DNA from: a bacterium
GTDB lineage: Bacteria > Patescibacteriota > CPR2 > UBA1875 > JAJYID01
Direction: 5' to 3'
Length of the DNA stretch: 64,000 nt
Assembly (NCBI GenBank): GCA_030647205.1
Contig: JAUSJO010000005.1
Location: 138,523 to 202,522, forward strand
Below the pieces are notes generated by a model. That model saw nothing but the letters and a program-made list of their open reading frames with translations. It made no database searches and had not been told where the DNA came from. Below, piece after piece: positions 9,578-19,583 of the stretch. Positions within the stretch are counted from its first letter, which is position 1; each line of letters opens with the position of its first letter. The position numbers and the translations under genes are program-made.

Positions 9578-10255
9578 ATGGATAGAATAAAAGATTTTGA
9601 CGTTAAAAATATGAAAAAAGTTCCCGATATAAAATCAGGGGATACTGTTCGTGTTCACACAAAAATTAAAGAAGGCAGCAAAGAGAGAATTCAAATTTTT
9701 GAAGGCGTTGTAATAAAGAAACAGGGTGGAAACAATGTCGGTGCTTCTATCACGGTTCGCAAAATGTCTTATGGCATTGGCGTAGAAAGAACATTTCTCA
9801 TGCACTCGCCATTACTTGAGAAAATTCAAGTTGTGAAAAGGGCAAGAGTACGAAGAGCAAACATCGGATACCTGCGGAATTTGACAGGTAAGTCAGCAAA
9901 ACTAAGAGAAAAGCAGTTTGATGCATTAGCCGTGAACGTGAAGGAAGAGGAACTTGCTCCTGCTGATCAGGCAGAGATAGATGAGCCGGTTGAAATCTCT
10001 GAAGATGTTTTAGCTCAGGCTGATACAGTGAGCGCGGAAGATGTTGCAAAAAGAGAAGAAAAAGAAGCCAAAGTTGAAGATACGGGTCCGGTTGCGGAGG
10101 ACGAGCAGGAAGCGCCCGAAGAAGAGATAGAAGAAGGCGTAGAGAAGGCAGAGAAAGACCTTGAGCATGGTAAAAGTACTGAAGGTGAACAGGCAGAGAA
10201 ATCTGAAGAAGATGCGGAGCCTGCAGAAAAAGAAGAAGAAACACCGGAAGCATAA
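9578..10255 (+). CDS. rplS: 50S ribosomal protein L19 with a long acidic C-terminal extension
   Basis: [26 protein letters not shown]; last ~110 aa E/A/D-rich. Confidence 0.95.
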   Translation: MDRIKDFDVKNMKKVPDIKSGDTVRVHTKIKEGSKERIQIFEGVVIKKQGGNNVGASITVRKMSYGIGVERTFLMHSPLLEKIQVVKRARVRRANIGYLRNLTGKSAKLREKQFDALAVNVKEEELAPADQAEIDEPVEISEDVLAQADTVSAEDVAKREEKEAKVEDTGPVAEDEQEAPEEEIEEGVEKAEKDLEHGKSTEGEQAEKSEEDAEPAEKEEETPEA

Positions 10256-10275
10256 ATCTTAAAAATATAATTTAT

Positions 10276-10305
10276 AAAAACCGACTCGTGATGAGTTGGT
10301 TTTTT
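10276..10305 (+). terminator. Intrinsic terminator after rplS
   Basis: AAAAACCGACTC-gtgat-GAGTTGGTTTTTT. Confidence 0.8.
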
Positions 10306-10316
10306 GTTGCTCTATC

Positions 10317-10610
10317 TGTCATTCCGACCGATACCACGTTAGTGGAAAGTGGAGGAATCCCTTTCCCTTGTCATTCCCGCGGAGGCGGGAATCCAGCCTT
10401 TCTTTAAATAATTTCCACTTTTTTAGAAAAAGTAGAGCAAAAATCGCGGCTTAGACGGCCTCTCAAAGTATAACTCAAAACTTCTCTCAAATTTGAAAAA
10501 TGACAACAAGCCGATTCCGGAAGTCATCTTTTCAAAAGTTCGTTCAGCTTTTCGTTCTCTTTTCGAGCCGATAGCCGCAAAGAGAGGCTTCTTTTCAAAA
10601 ACCATGCCAG
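10317..10610 (+). repeat. Composite palindromic element, copy 3
   Basis: GTCAT units at 10317-10361 and 10369-10396; hairpin at 10414-10436; long hairpin at 10446-10578; AAAACCATGCCAG tail shared with copy 2. Confidence 0.9.
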
Positions 10611-10654
10611 AGGAGAGAGTGGAAAAGTCCCGTGTTTTAGTTTACACTTGGTGC

Positions 10655-11257
10655 ATGAAACCGACACTCAAATATGAAAGAAAATACTGGGACGAGGGCA
10701 AAAATATTATTTGTGGTATTGATGAAGTTGGCAGAGGTTCGTGGGCAGGTCCGCTATATGTCGGAGCGGTTGTTTTTGATAAAAACCACAGGATGATAGA
10801 TGGTGTAAATGACTCGAAAAAGTTGACACCTCTAAAAAGGGAAACTCTCCATAAAGAAATTATAGAAAATGCGCTTGCTTACAGCATCGGAGCGGTTAAA
10901 TCATATGAAGTAGATAGCTACGGCCTAACTCTCGCAACAGAAATTGCCATCGAAAGGGCAATAGAAGGATTAGGGCTTACGGTTGATCTTCTTTTGATAG
11001 ATGCCATCAGCTATAAGAAACTTGATTGCCTGCCGATAATTAAAGGAGACCAAGTTTGCTATAGTATTTCTTGTGCTTCAATAATCGCCAAAGTAGAAAG
11101 AGACAAGTATATTTCAAGTATTCCGGAAGCTGAAGTCTATAGATTTGACAGAAATAAAGGCTATGGAACGATGGAACATGTGGAACTCATAAAAAAGCAT
11201 GGGATCTCCGATGTGCATCGTAAAAGTTTCAAACCCATAAGGATCCTTTGTGGTTAA
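10655..11257 (+). CDS. rnhB: Ribonuclease HII
   Basis: GIDEVGRG, DSKKL, ASIIAKV.RD, NKGYGT, HRKSF; start placed at ATG 10655. Confidence 0.95.
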   Translation: MKPTLKYERKYWDEGKNIICGIDEVGRGSWAGPLYVGAVVFDKNHRMIDGVNDSKKLTPLKRETLHKEIIENALAYSIGAVKSYEVDSYGLTLATEIAIERAIEGLGLTVDLLLIDAISYKKLDCLPIIKGDQVCYSISCASIIAKVERDKYISSIPEAEVYRFDRNKGYGTMEHVELIKKHGISDVHRKSFKPIRILCG

Positions 11258-11612
11258 CACTCACATAATCGGTCAAACGGCCGAGGATATGGCGGCAGAA
11301 TATCTGATTGAAAACAAGCTCCGGATTATCGACCGGAACTATCGCACCAGATTTGGTGAGATTGACATTATCTCGAAAGAGAAAAAGAAATTTGTCTTTG
11401 TTGAGGTGAAGGCAAAAAATACTTCCAGATTCGGAAAACCTTATGAGATGGTAACGGCAAAGAAACAGAAAAAGCTTATTTCAACAGCAAAGGGATATCT
11501 AACTGAGATAGGTTTAGACATAGAAAAGATTGATTGGCGGATAGACGTTATCTCAATTGATTATGAAACAGGTACTATTGAATGGCTCAAAAACGCAGTC
11601 GAAGATATTTAA
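11250..11612 (+). CDS. yraN: YraN/UPF0102 family predicted endonuclease
   Basis: RNYRTRFGEIDII, VFVEVK and RIDVISI motifs; conserved rplS-rnhB-yraN synteny. Confidence 0.9.
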   Translation: MVNTHIIGQTAEDMAAEYLIENKLRIIDRNYRTRFGEIDIISKEKKKFVFVEVKAKNTSRFGKPYEMVTAKKQKKLISTAKGYLTEIGLDIEKIDWRIDVISIDYETGTIEWLKNAVEDI

Positions 11613-11663
11613 ACTTTTATGCTATAATAAAGCCAATTAATAAAAAATAGCAGGGGTAAATAA

Positions 11664-12572
11664 ATGACAAAGATTGTTGTGTCGGAAGGATTAAGGTTGT
11701 CGCCAGAACAGGAGAAAAGGCTAAAGGCTCTTGGCAATTGTGCTATTTATAATGAAGCTGCAAAGTCAGACGAGGAAGCATTAAAAAGATTTAAAGAAGC
11801 TGATGTTATTTGTACCGAAAGTGCTCCGATAGAAAATGTCATTTATAGTTTGAAAGACAAACTTGTTTGCTTTCCGTTCGTCGGAATGGGTTGGCTAGAC
11901 CTAAAAAAACTCGATGCAAAAGGAGTAAAAGTTGCAAATGCTCCTGGGTGCAACAAATCGGCCGTGACAGAGTGGGTTATTTCTATGATGATAATGGCTG
12001 CAAGAGAACTGTATTCAGTTATAAATAAGCCCTCGGATTCATATGCTGGTTTTCCCATGGAAACCACAGGATTAGCATCTAAAAATGTGACTATTTTAGG
12101 TAAAGGGAATATTGGCAAGCAGGTTCACGGAGTATGTAACGCTTTGGGTATGAATGTTATGGTTTTTTCTCGAGGAGACGATATAAAAAAGAGCGTAGAA
12201 AATGCGGATTTTGTGATAAATTGTCTGGCTAGAAATAAAGAAACAGAAGGAATATTAGATGAGAATTTTTTTGGTGCCATGAAAGAAAGAGCGTATTTTA
12301 TAAGTGCTACAAGTTTGCAAATCTATGACATTGATGCGCTCAAAAAATCTTTAGATATAGGAAAGTTATCAGGTGCAGCTATTGATTTGGAAGGAGTGAA
12401 GGTTGGAGATAGCTCAGACCCTCTCTATAAAGGCTTGGCAAAACATCCGAAAATACTAGTTACCCCACATATAGCTTTTAACACCGATGTATCAATGAAG
12501 GTGGGTAATGACATTATGATAGATAATGCCGAAGCGTGGATAAATGGTAGGCCGATAAATATAGTTATCTAG
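11664..12572 (+). CDS. D-isomer-specific 2-hydroxyacid dehydrogenase family protein
   Basis: VANAPGCN, Rossmann GKGNIG, GAAID and VTPHIA motifs. Confidence 0.85.
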   Translation: MTKIVVSEGLRLSPEQEKRLKALGNCAIYNEAAKSDEEALKRFKEADVICTESAPIENVIYSLKDKLVCFPFVGMGWLDLKKLDAKGVKVANAPGCNKSAVTEWVISMMIMAARELYSVINKPSDSYAGFPMETTGLASKNVTILGKGNIGKQVHGVCNALGMNVMVFSRGDDIKKSVENADFVINCLARNKETEGILDENFFGAMKERAYFISATSLQIYDIDALKKSLDIGKLSGAAIDLEGVKVGDSSDPLYKGLAKHPKILVTPHIAFNTDVSMKVGNDIMIDNAEAWINGRPINIVI

Positions 12573-12582
12573 CAATTCCAGC

Positions 12583-12611
12583 TTGACATCCGTAAGGTAC
12601 ATAGCTATAAT
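12583..12611 (+). promoter_or_regulatory. Consensus sigma70 promoter upstream of nusA
   Basis: Perfect TTGACA-17-TATAAT. Confidence 0.85.
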
Positions 12612-12619
12612 GAGAACGT

Positions 12620-12737
12620 AGTCGGAATTTGTTCCGGCTTTTATAGTCTTTTACGGCTGTTTTCAAGCAAAAGTATTATATTTATCTAAAATTAAGCATT
12701 ATTTTTGTTTGAATGCCAGATGTAAAAGAGAGCTATA
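12620..12737 (+). promoter_or_regulatory. Structured 5' leader of nusA (putative attenuator)
   Basis: Hairpin at 12620-12639 with T run; long imperfect stem at 12642-12737. Confidence 0.5.
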
Positions 12738-12771
12738 TGAGTTAAAAATTAAATAAGCCCAAAAGGGGGAG

Positions 12772-14301
12772 ATGGAGAATAAAATGCAAGCAAAGTTTAC
12801 ACAGGCGATCAACCAGATTTGCGACGAGAAAAACCTTTCTCGTGATGTTGTAATGGAAACAGTTAAGGCGGCACTGGCAAGCGCCTATAAAAAAGACTAC
12901 GGATCAAAAGATCAGGAAGTCAGAGTTGAAATAGATGAAGAAAGCGGAGCAATCCAAGTTTATGTTATAAAAGAAGTCGTCGATGAAGTTGAAGACAAAA
13001 TGCTTCAGATGAGCGTAGTTGACGCAAACAAAATCAAAAAAGGCGCAAAAGTTGGTGATACGGTTGAAATCCTGGATATTCCGGCAGATTTCGGCAGAAT
13101 TGCAGCTCAAACTGCAAAACAGGTGATAATCCAGAGAATTCGAGAAGCTGAACGTGATATGGTCTTTGAAGAGTTTAAAGATAAAGAAGGCGACATTATA
13201 AATGCGGTTGTTCAAAGAGTTGAGGGCGACACTGTAATCGTAGATCTTGGAAAAGCCACCGGAGTTTTATATAGAACCGAGCAAATGGCCGGAGAACATT
13301 ATTATACTGGTCAGAGACTGAAGGTTTTTGTTGTAAGAGTTGAAAGTGCCACAAGAGGTCCGCAGATAGTTCTTTCAAGGTCTCATCCGGATATGATTAG
13401 AAAACTTTTTGAAATGGAAGTACCGGAGATACTGGCAGGAACAATCGAGATCAAGTCAGTCGCTCGTGAAGGCGGCGAGAGAACAAAAATAGCCGTTTAT
13501 ACTGAAACAGCAGGCATCGATCCGGTTGGCGCGCTCGTTGGGCAAAGAGGCTCAAGGGTCCAGTCGGTTATGAGCGAAATTGGTGAAGAGAAAATTGATA
13601 TAATCCTTTGGGATCCTGATATTAAAACCTACATTATCAATGCTCTTTCACCGGCGAAAGTGATAGAAGTTGAGATAGACGAAAAAGAGAAGAAAGCAAC
13701 CGTGAAGGTTCCTGAGGATCAGCTATCTCTTGCAATCGGTAAAAAGGGTCAAAATGTCCGTCTTGCAGCTAAGCTTACTGGTTGGAACGTAGATATTGCA
13801 GGTACGGATGATGCAGGTATTGAGGGCATCCAAGCTGCGGCTGCTCCTGTAGAAACCAAGAAGGCGGCGGATCTAGAAGATGCGATTATCAAGAATATAG
13901 AGTCGCAAGAGTCGGCTGAGGTTGAGACGGAAGAAAAACCCGCTGATGATCAGCCAGCAGTCGAAGAGGAGCCTGTGAAAGAAGACAAGCCAGTCACAGA
14001 AGAAGCTAGTGCAGATTTAGACAGTAAACAAGAAACGGAAGATGATCTAGTTGCTGAGATTGGCGGAGAAGAAAAAGAAGTTGAGGCGCCAAAAATTATA
14101 AAAGATGAGAGAAAACAGATTGATGATGCACCAGAGACTCCTTATGCGGGAGAGTCGGTTGCCGGAAATGCACTAAAAGCTACAGAAGAAGAGAATAAAG
14201 AAGTTAAAGTTGAAAAAGCAGAAGAACCGGATGGTCCAAGCATTGAAGAGGTCTTAGAAGAAGAGGAAGAGGAAAACACAAAGGCGCAGCAAGCAAAGTA
14301 A
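12772..14301 (+). CDS. nusA: Transcription termination/antitermination factor NusA with acidic C-terminal tail
   Basis: FGRIAAQTAKQVIIQ, EVPEI and LSLAIGKKGQNVRLA motifs. Confidence 0.96.
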   Translation: MENKMQAKFTQAINQICDEKNLSRDVVMETVKAALASAYKKDYGSKDQEVRVEIDEESGAIQVYVIKEVVDEVEDKMLQMSVVDANKIKKGAKVGDTVEILDIPADFGRIAAQTAKQVIIQRIREAERDMVFEEFKDKEGDIINAVVQRVEGDTVIVDLGKATGVLYRTEQMAGEHYYTGQRLKVFVVRVESATRGPQIVLSRSHPDMIRKLFEMEVPEILAGTIEIKSVAREGGERTKIAVYTETAGIDPVGALVGQRGSRVQSVMSEIGEEKIDIILWDPDIKTYIINALSPAKVIEVEIDEKEKKATVKVPEDQLSLAIGKKGQNVRLAAKLTGWNVDIAGTDDAGIEGIQAAAAPVETKKAADLEDAIIKNIESQESAEVETEEKPADDQPAVEEEPVKEDKPVTEEASADLDSKQETEDDLVAEIGGEEKEVEAPKIIKDERKQIDDAPETPYAGESVAGNALKATEEENKEVKVEKAEEPDGPSIEEVLEEEEEENTKAQQAK

Positions 14302-14342
14302 GTATGTCCCGTAGAGACGGGATAAGCAAGGAAGGGGGAAAC

Positions 14343-16883
14343 ATGCAGGAATTTAATTTATTCGGCAGGTTTACAGGCAACGCCAAGCAATGTCTTTTGA
14401 ACGCGCAAAAGATTGCAAAGAAAAAGAACTCAGATATAGATACCGATGATATCTTGGTTGGGATATACCTGGTCACTGATTCTGTCGGTTCAAGACTTTT
14501 AAAAAGTGTTGGTTTTGAGAGTGATATTTCTGCTTATCCGTCAGTTCAGGAAAGTCTGGCAAATGCAAGGGAAGGCGGGAGTAATGTAGTTACGCTTACA
14601 GAATCTGCCAAAACATCTCTCGAAGTTGCCATGGGTCTCGGCAAAAGCTATCAGTCAAACTATATTGGCACTGAGCATATTTTAAGAGCGCTGCTTATGG
14701 GCAAGAAAACAAAGGCCTATGAAGTTTTGAAAAACGACAATATTCAGATCGTTTCGCTCACAAGCGAGCTTGATAAGTTTTTGCAGAGAGGCTCGGGCGA
14801 CAATATGGATATGTACAGCGATGATTTCGCTCAGGACAGTCCTATGGGTATACATAGGGATTTTGCACAAACGAGAGCAGGAAATGATAGTTCTAAAATA
14901 TTTGAAAGCTACAGCGTAGACTTTACCGAAAAAGCAAAGAAAAAAGAGTTCGATCCGATAATCGGCCGTGATAAGGAAATCGCGCGCGTTATATCTATTT
15001 TAAATCGAAGGACAAAAAATAATCCGGTCTTAATCGGCGAACCCGGCGTAGGGAAAACTGCTCTGGTTGAGGGTTTGGCTCAACGCATAGTTTCCGGAAA
15101 CGTGCCGGAGCAACTCTCTGGTAAAAAGATTTTGATGCTTGATATGGCAAATGTCATAGCCGGCACAAAATATCGAGGTGAGTTCGAGGAGCGTTTAAAG
15201 AAAATTGTTGAGGCGCTGAGAGAGAACAATAATATTATTCTGTTTATCGATGAGCTTCATACCATAGTTGGCGCCGGTGCTGCAGAAGGCGCGATAGATG
15301 CGGCAAATATCCTAAAGCCCACTCTTTCAAGGGGCGAAATCCAGGTTATAGGTGCAACGACATTTGATGATTACAGAAAATATATAGAAAAGGATGCTGC
15401 GCTTGAGAGGCGTTTCCAGCCGGTGACTTTAGCCGAGCCGACACCTGCAGAAACCATCGCGATACTCAAAGGCGTAAGGCCGAACTTTGAAGAGTATCAC
15501 AAGGTTAAAATTACTGATGAGTCGATAGAGGCAGCAGTAAAAATGTCGAAAAGATATATTTCAGATAGATTTTTACCTGATAAGGCTATTGACCTGATTG
15601 ACGAGGCAGCAAGTCTTTTGAAAATCAAAAAAGGTAAGAGTCCTTCAAAAACTTTGAAAGATTATGCAAAGGATCTCAAGAAAGTTATTCAAAAGAAAGA
15701 AGAGTCTGTGATAGCTGCGAAATATATCATGGCGGCTGAGTACAAACAGAAAGAAGAACTCCTTGAGGCAAAGATAAGAAATCTCAAGAAAATCACAAAA
15801 GACTACCACGAGCCGGAAATCACAGCGGAAAGCATTGCGGAAGTTATTTCTATTTCTACCGGTGTACCTGTAACTCGCTTGATCAAAAAAGAAAGCGAGA
15901 GCCTTCTAAATATGGAGAAAAACCTCAAAAAAAGAATTATAGGTCAAGATGAAGCGATCAATGAAATCTCCCGTGCGATAAGACGCTCAAGGACCGGTAT
16001 TTCAAACGAAAAAAGGCCCATTGGTACATTCATATTTCTTGGTCCGACCGGTGTCGGTAAAACAGAACTTGCCAAAGCTTTGGCTGCTGAAATGTTCAAC
16101 TCAGAAGATATGCTTGTGAAGCTTGATATGAGTGAGTTTATGGAAAAGCATAATGTGGCTCGGCTTGTTGGCGCGCCGGCAGGATATGTTGGATTTGAGG
16201 AAGGCGGACAACTAACCGAGATTGTCCGCAGAAAACCTTACTCTGTAATTCTTCTTGATGAGATAGAGAAGGCGCACTCTGATGTCTTCAATATGTTTTT
16301 GCAAATTTTGGAAGATGGTCATCTGACAGACGCAAAAGGCATAAAGGTAGACTTTAGAAATACGATTATCATTATGACTTCAAATATTGGTGCTGACAAA
16401 ATGTTTAAAACAGCGAAGCTCGGATTTAGCGCCGAAAATTCAACAGAAGAAAAAGAGTTTGAGTCTCTTCACAAGAAAATTTCAGAGGAAGTAATGGAAA
16501 ACGTGAAGACGCAGTTCAGACCCGAGTTTATAAACCGTGTTGATAAAATAATCGTCTTTAAGGCTCTGTCAAAGATTGACGTCAAAAAGATTGTAGGTCT
16601 TCAACTGAGAGAGTTACAGGATAGGTTAGATGAAAAGCATATCACCATCAAAGTGTCAGAAAGTGCCAAGAAGTTTCTCATGGAAAAGGGCTATGATATC
16701 GAAAACGGCGCAAGGCCGATGCGAAGAGCTATTGAAAACTATATCGAGTCGCCTTTGGCCGAAGGTATGCTCTCCGGTGAGTTTAACGAAGGTGATCTAA
16801 TATCTGTGATGAAAATGGAAGAAAATCTCCAGTTCTATGTTCTGCAAATAAAAGCGGATAAGAGGAAAATAAACAGTAAATAA
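14343..16883 (+). CDS. clpC: ATP-dependent Clp protease ATPase subunit ClpC
   Basis: Clp-N repeats and two AAA modules ([16 protein letters not shown]); start 14343 (SD) or 14304. Confidence 0.93.
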   Translation: MQEFNLFGRFTGNAKQCLLNAQKIAKKKNSDIDTDDILVGIYLVTDSVGSRLLKSVGFESDISAYPSVQESLANAREGGSNVVTLTESAKTSLEVAMGLGKSYQSNYIGTEHILRALLMGKKTKAYEVLKNDNIQIVSLTSELDKFLQRGSGDNMDMYSDDFAQDSPMGIHRDFAQTRAGNDSSKIFESYSVDFTEKAKKKEFDPIIGRDKEIARVISILNRRTKNNPVLIGEPGVGKTALVEGLAQRIVSGNVPEQLSGKKILMLDMANVIAGTKYRGEFEERLKKIVEALRENNNIILFIDELHTIVGAGAAEGAIDAANILKPTLSRGEIQVIGATTFDDYRKYIEKDAALERRFQPVTLAEPTPAETIAILKGVRPNFEEYHKVKITDESIEAAVKMSKRYISDRFLPDKAIDLIDEAASLLKIKKGKSPSKTLKDYAKDLKKVIQKKEESVIAAKYIMAAEYKQKEELLEAKIRNLKKITKDYHEPEITAESIAEVISISTGVPVTRLIKKESESLLNMEKNLKKRIIGQDEAINEISRAIRRSRTGISNEKRPIGTFIFLGPTGVGKTELAKALAAEMFNSEDMLVKLDMSEFMEKHNVARLVGAPAGYVGFEEGGQLTEIVRRKPYSVILLDEIEKAHSDVFNMFLQILEDGHLTDAKGIKVDFRNTIIIMTSNIGADKMFKTAKLGFSAENSTEEKEFESLHKKISEEVMENVKTQFRPEFINRVDKIIVFKALSKIDVKKIVGLQLRELQDRLDEKHITIKVSESAKKFLMEKGYDIENGARPMRRAIENYIESPLAEGMLSGEFNEGDLISVMKMEENLQFYVLQIKADKRKINSK

Positions 16884-16888
16884 CTCTT

Positions 16889-17219
16889 TGTCATTCCGAC
16901 CGATTTCCTGAAAGGACGAGCGGAGGAATCCCTTTCCCCGTATGTCATTCCCGCGGAGGCGGGAATCCAGACTTTAAAATACTCTATCTACTTTTTTAGA
17001 AAAAGTAGAATCAAAAATCCCCGACTAGCACTATGAAATAGATAAAACTAATAAAAATTTATCATTCAAAACAGCAACCACTCCGTTTAATACTGCTTTT
17101 GTCCTTCGGAACATTCTAAATTTTTAAGTTTTATCCACTATTTCTCCGTGATGTCGGGAGAGAACAAAAATCACGCCGAGAAGAACCTCATTCCGTCATC
17201 CTGAGGCACGAAGGATCTC
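16889..17219 (+). repeat. Composite palindromic element, copy 4 (divergent long hairpin)
   Basis: GTCAT units at 16889, 16943 and 17194; TCTACTTTTTTAGAAAAAGTAGA at 16987-17009; long hairpin at 17020-17158. Confidence 0.85.
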
Positions 17220-17291
17220 TCCTTTTTCTTGCCCAAAAAAATAATTCAGTTTAAAATTGCTTAACTTTAGATATTCAACTAAACTTAATAG

Positions 17292-17564
17292 ATGGATAAG
17301 TTTCAAATTGTTGCGATGATTGCGGGGATAATGGTAGTTTTTAGTACCTTGCCGCAGGTTTCTAAGACCCTAAAAACAAAAAAAGTTGAGGAGCTGTCTC
17401 TAGCAATGTTTCTCCTGCTTCTAGGTGCTCAAACTATCTGGTTCTTCTACGGCTTTCATATCCACGATATAGCCATCATTCTGACGAATGGTATCTCGGC
17501 TCTGGTTGTGGCTACAAATGTCGGACTTATTTTAAAATATCGGAAAGTGCCGGTAAAAAAGTAA
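17292..17564 (+). CDS. SemiSWEET/PQ-loop sugar transporter
   Basis: 90 aa, 3 TM segments, LPQV.KT.KTK...LS, WFFYG and TN motifs. Confidence 0.88.
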   Translation: MDKFQIVAMIAGIMVVFSTLPQVSKTLKTKKVEELSLAMFLLLLGAQTIWFFYGFHIHDIAIILTNGISALVVATNVGLILKYRKVPVKK

Positions 17565-17665
17565 TTTTGTCTACTTGTTTTTCCTTTGGTGGTTATGATA
17601 ACATCTCTCTATCAATAAGCTATTCTATTCCAGTGTATTGACGCTCTTAAGGAGGTGATACTAAA

Positions 17666-18085
17666 ATGGCCAGAAAGTTAGCCGCTATTCTTGTTGCAGA
17701 TGTTTCGCCATGGCTTCAGACGAACAGTGCTGGAGGGGTTGAGGATAAGAAGGATTTTGCCGGTGAATTTGGCGTGGGAGAATACGTCGAGAAGTTCGGC
17801 CACTATGGTTTCTTTTGGCAGAACAAGGAATATGGGAAACATGTGCACCTAGTTATGTATTCCAAGACTGGCTTTACATCAAGGTTCTCAACGGATGTTA
17901 CTAGCGCTTTGATTGGTGATCTTCCTCATGCAACAGACAAGGTAATGGCACGGCTGGAACCTTGCTTCAAGAACGACGATGACGCAGTTCTTTTGGTGGA
18001 AGAAGGGGTACTTGAGCCTCTTCAGAAGCTATGCGAAAGAACCGGCGTTGACCTTGATTTGCTGGACGTTTCAGTCCACGCTTAA
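17666..18085 (+). CDS. Hypothetical protein (orphan cassette bounded by 17-nt direct repeats)
   Basis: Perfect SD TAAGGAGGTGA and its own terminator. Confidence 0.7.
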   Translation: MARKLAAILVADVSPWLQTNSAGGVEDKKDFAGEFGVGEYVEKFGHYGFFWQNKEYGKHVHLVMYSKTGFTSRFSTDVTSALIGDLPHATDKVMARLEPCFKNDDDAVLLVEEGVLEPLQKLCERTGVDLDLLDVSVHA

Positions 18086-18093
18086 TCAGAACA

Positions 18094-18159
18094 AAAGGGG
18101 GCTGGGCAAAGATGCCGCCCGGCCCTTTAGTGGACCTGAATTATCAGGTCCATATTTTT
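18094..18159 (+). terminator. Double hairpin/terminator
   Basis: GGGCTGGGC...GCCCGGCCC, then TGGACCTGA-atta-TCAGGTCCA-TATTTTT. Confidence 0.7.
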
Positions 18160-18200
18160 GTCTACTTGTTTTAGGTTTTTGAATTATATATTCTTTAGAT

Positions 18201-19556
18201 ATGGCGAAAGTTAAAACACAATTCATATGCGGGAACTGCGGGGCATTTTATGACCGGTGGCAGGGGAAGTGTGTGCAATGCGGGGAATGGAATACTCTCA
18301 CAGAAACGCAGCTTAGCGTTGGCAAAAAATCCGGCACAAGAACTTCAAGCTCCTTGAGTAAGCCTGAGCCTCTTGGGAAAGCGGAGGATAATATCACAAG
18401 GCTAGCCACAGGTATTGGCGAGTTTGACAGGGTAGTCGGATCAGGGATAGTACCGGGTTCACTTATTCTTCTCGGCGGAGATCCGGGGATAGGAAAGTCG
18501 ACTTTAATACTCCAAGTTGCGGCAAAAGTTGCAAGCGGCAAAAAAGTTTTATATGTTAGCGGAGAGGAGTCGGCTCGGCAAGTATCTCTTAGAGCAAGCA
18601 GGCTAGAGCTACAGTCTGATAAATTGTTTGTTTTATCTGAAACAAATGTTGAGACGATTATCGACCAAATAAAGTCAGAAAAGCCATCATTCGTGGTTAT
18701 TGACTCTATCCAAACTGTCTACTCTGATGATGTGATGAGCACTTCAGGAAGTGTTGGGCAGGTGTCGCTGTGCGCGCAGAAACTGATGAATCTGGCAAAA
18801 AGCGAACACATCGCAATTGTACTTATTGGCCATGTTACAAAAGAAGGGAACTTGGCCGGTCCAAGACTTCTTGAGCATTTGGTGGATGTTGTCTTATATT
18901 TGGAAGGTGAGAGATACGGAGGATTTAGGGTTCTTCGCGGGATTAAAAACAGATTTGGTTCGACAAATGAAACGGGTATTTTTGATATGACGAAAGAGGG
19001 GATGACGGAGGTAGAGAATCCTTCGGAAATATTACTGTCAGAGAGGCTAAAGTCGGCCTCGGGAACGGCGATATTTGCGACCATGGAAGGAACAAGACCG
19101 CTGCTTGTCGAAATACAGGCGCTGACATCTATAACAAGCTTTGGTTATCCAAAAAGAACTGCCAGTGGGATGGACCTAAATAGATTGAATCTACTTATTG
19201 CGGTCCTTACAAAAAGAGCGGGTATCAATCTTACAAATCAGGATGTGTTTGTAAATATTGTTGGCGGGATGGCCATCCGTGAGCCGGCGGTTGATCTGGC
19301 TGTGGCGCTTGCGATTACATCCGCCTATAAAAATAAAGTTATACAAAACGACATGGCCGTTTTTGGAGAAATTGGTCTTGCAGGAGAGATAAGAAATGTG
19401 GATAATGTAGAGGAACGGATAAAGGAAATAGAGAAACTTGGTTTCAAGTCCGTTTTGATACCAAATGCCAGCAAGATTGGTGAAGTGAAGGGCGGAAAGA
19501 TAAAGTTAATCCGCGTTTCAAATATAAAAGAAGCCATAGACGCGGCGTTAATATAA
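18201..19556 (+). CDS. radA: DNA repair protein RadA/Sms
   Basis: C4 zinc finger, GDPGIGKST, KNRFG and Lon-like C-domain. Confidence 0.97.
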   Translation: MAKVKTQFICGNCGAFYDRWQGKCVQCGEWNTLTETQLSVGKKSGTRTSSSLSKPEPLGKAEDNITRLATGIGEFDRVVGSGIVPGSLILLGGDPGIGKSTLILQVAAKVASGKKVLYVSGEESARQVSLRASRLELQSDKLFVLSETNVETIIDQIKSEKPSFVVIDSIQTVYSDDVMSTSGSVGQVSLCAQKLMNLAKSEHIAIVLIGHVTKEGNLAGPRLLEHLVDVVLYLEGERYGGFRVLRGIKNRFGSTNETGIFDMTKEGMTEVENPSEILLSERLKSASGTAIFATMEGTRPLLVEIQALTSITSFGYPKRTASGMDLNRLNLLIAVLTKRAGINLTNQDVFVNIVGGMAIREPAVDLAVALAITSAYKNKVIQNDMAVFGEIGLAGEIRNVDNVEERIKEIEKLGFKSVLIPNASKIGEVKGGKIKLIRVSNIKEAIDAALI

Positions 19557-19583
19557 AAGCACCTTTAAAAGAGGAAACAAAAG

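Noticed and set aside
10423-10654. ORFs 10423..10605(-) and 46139..46390(-) sharing FERPSKPRFLL, and the N-terminal extensions of rnhB (10493) and gatB (497)
   Set aside because: These are translations of the repeat element; homology of the real proteins starts at the downstream ATGs
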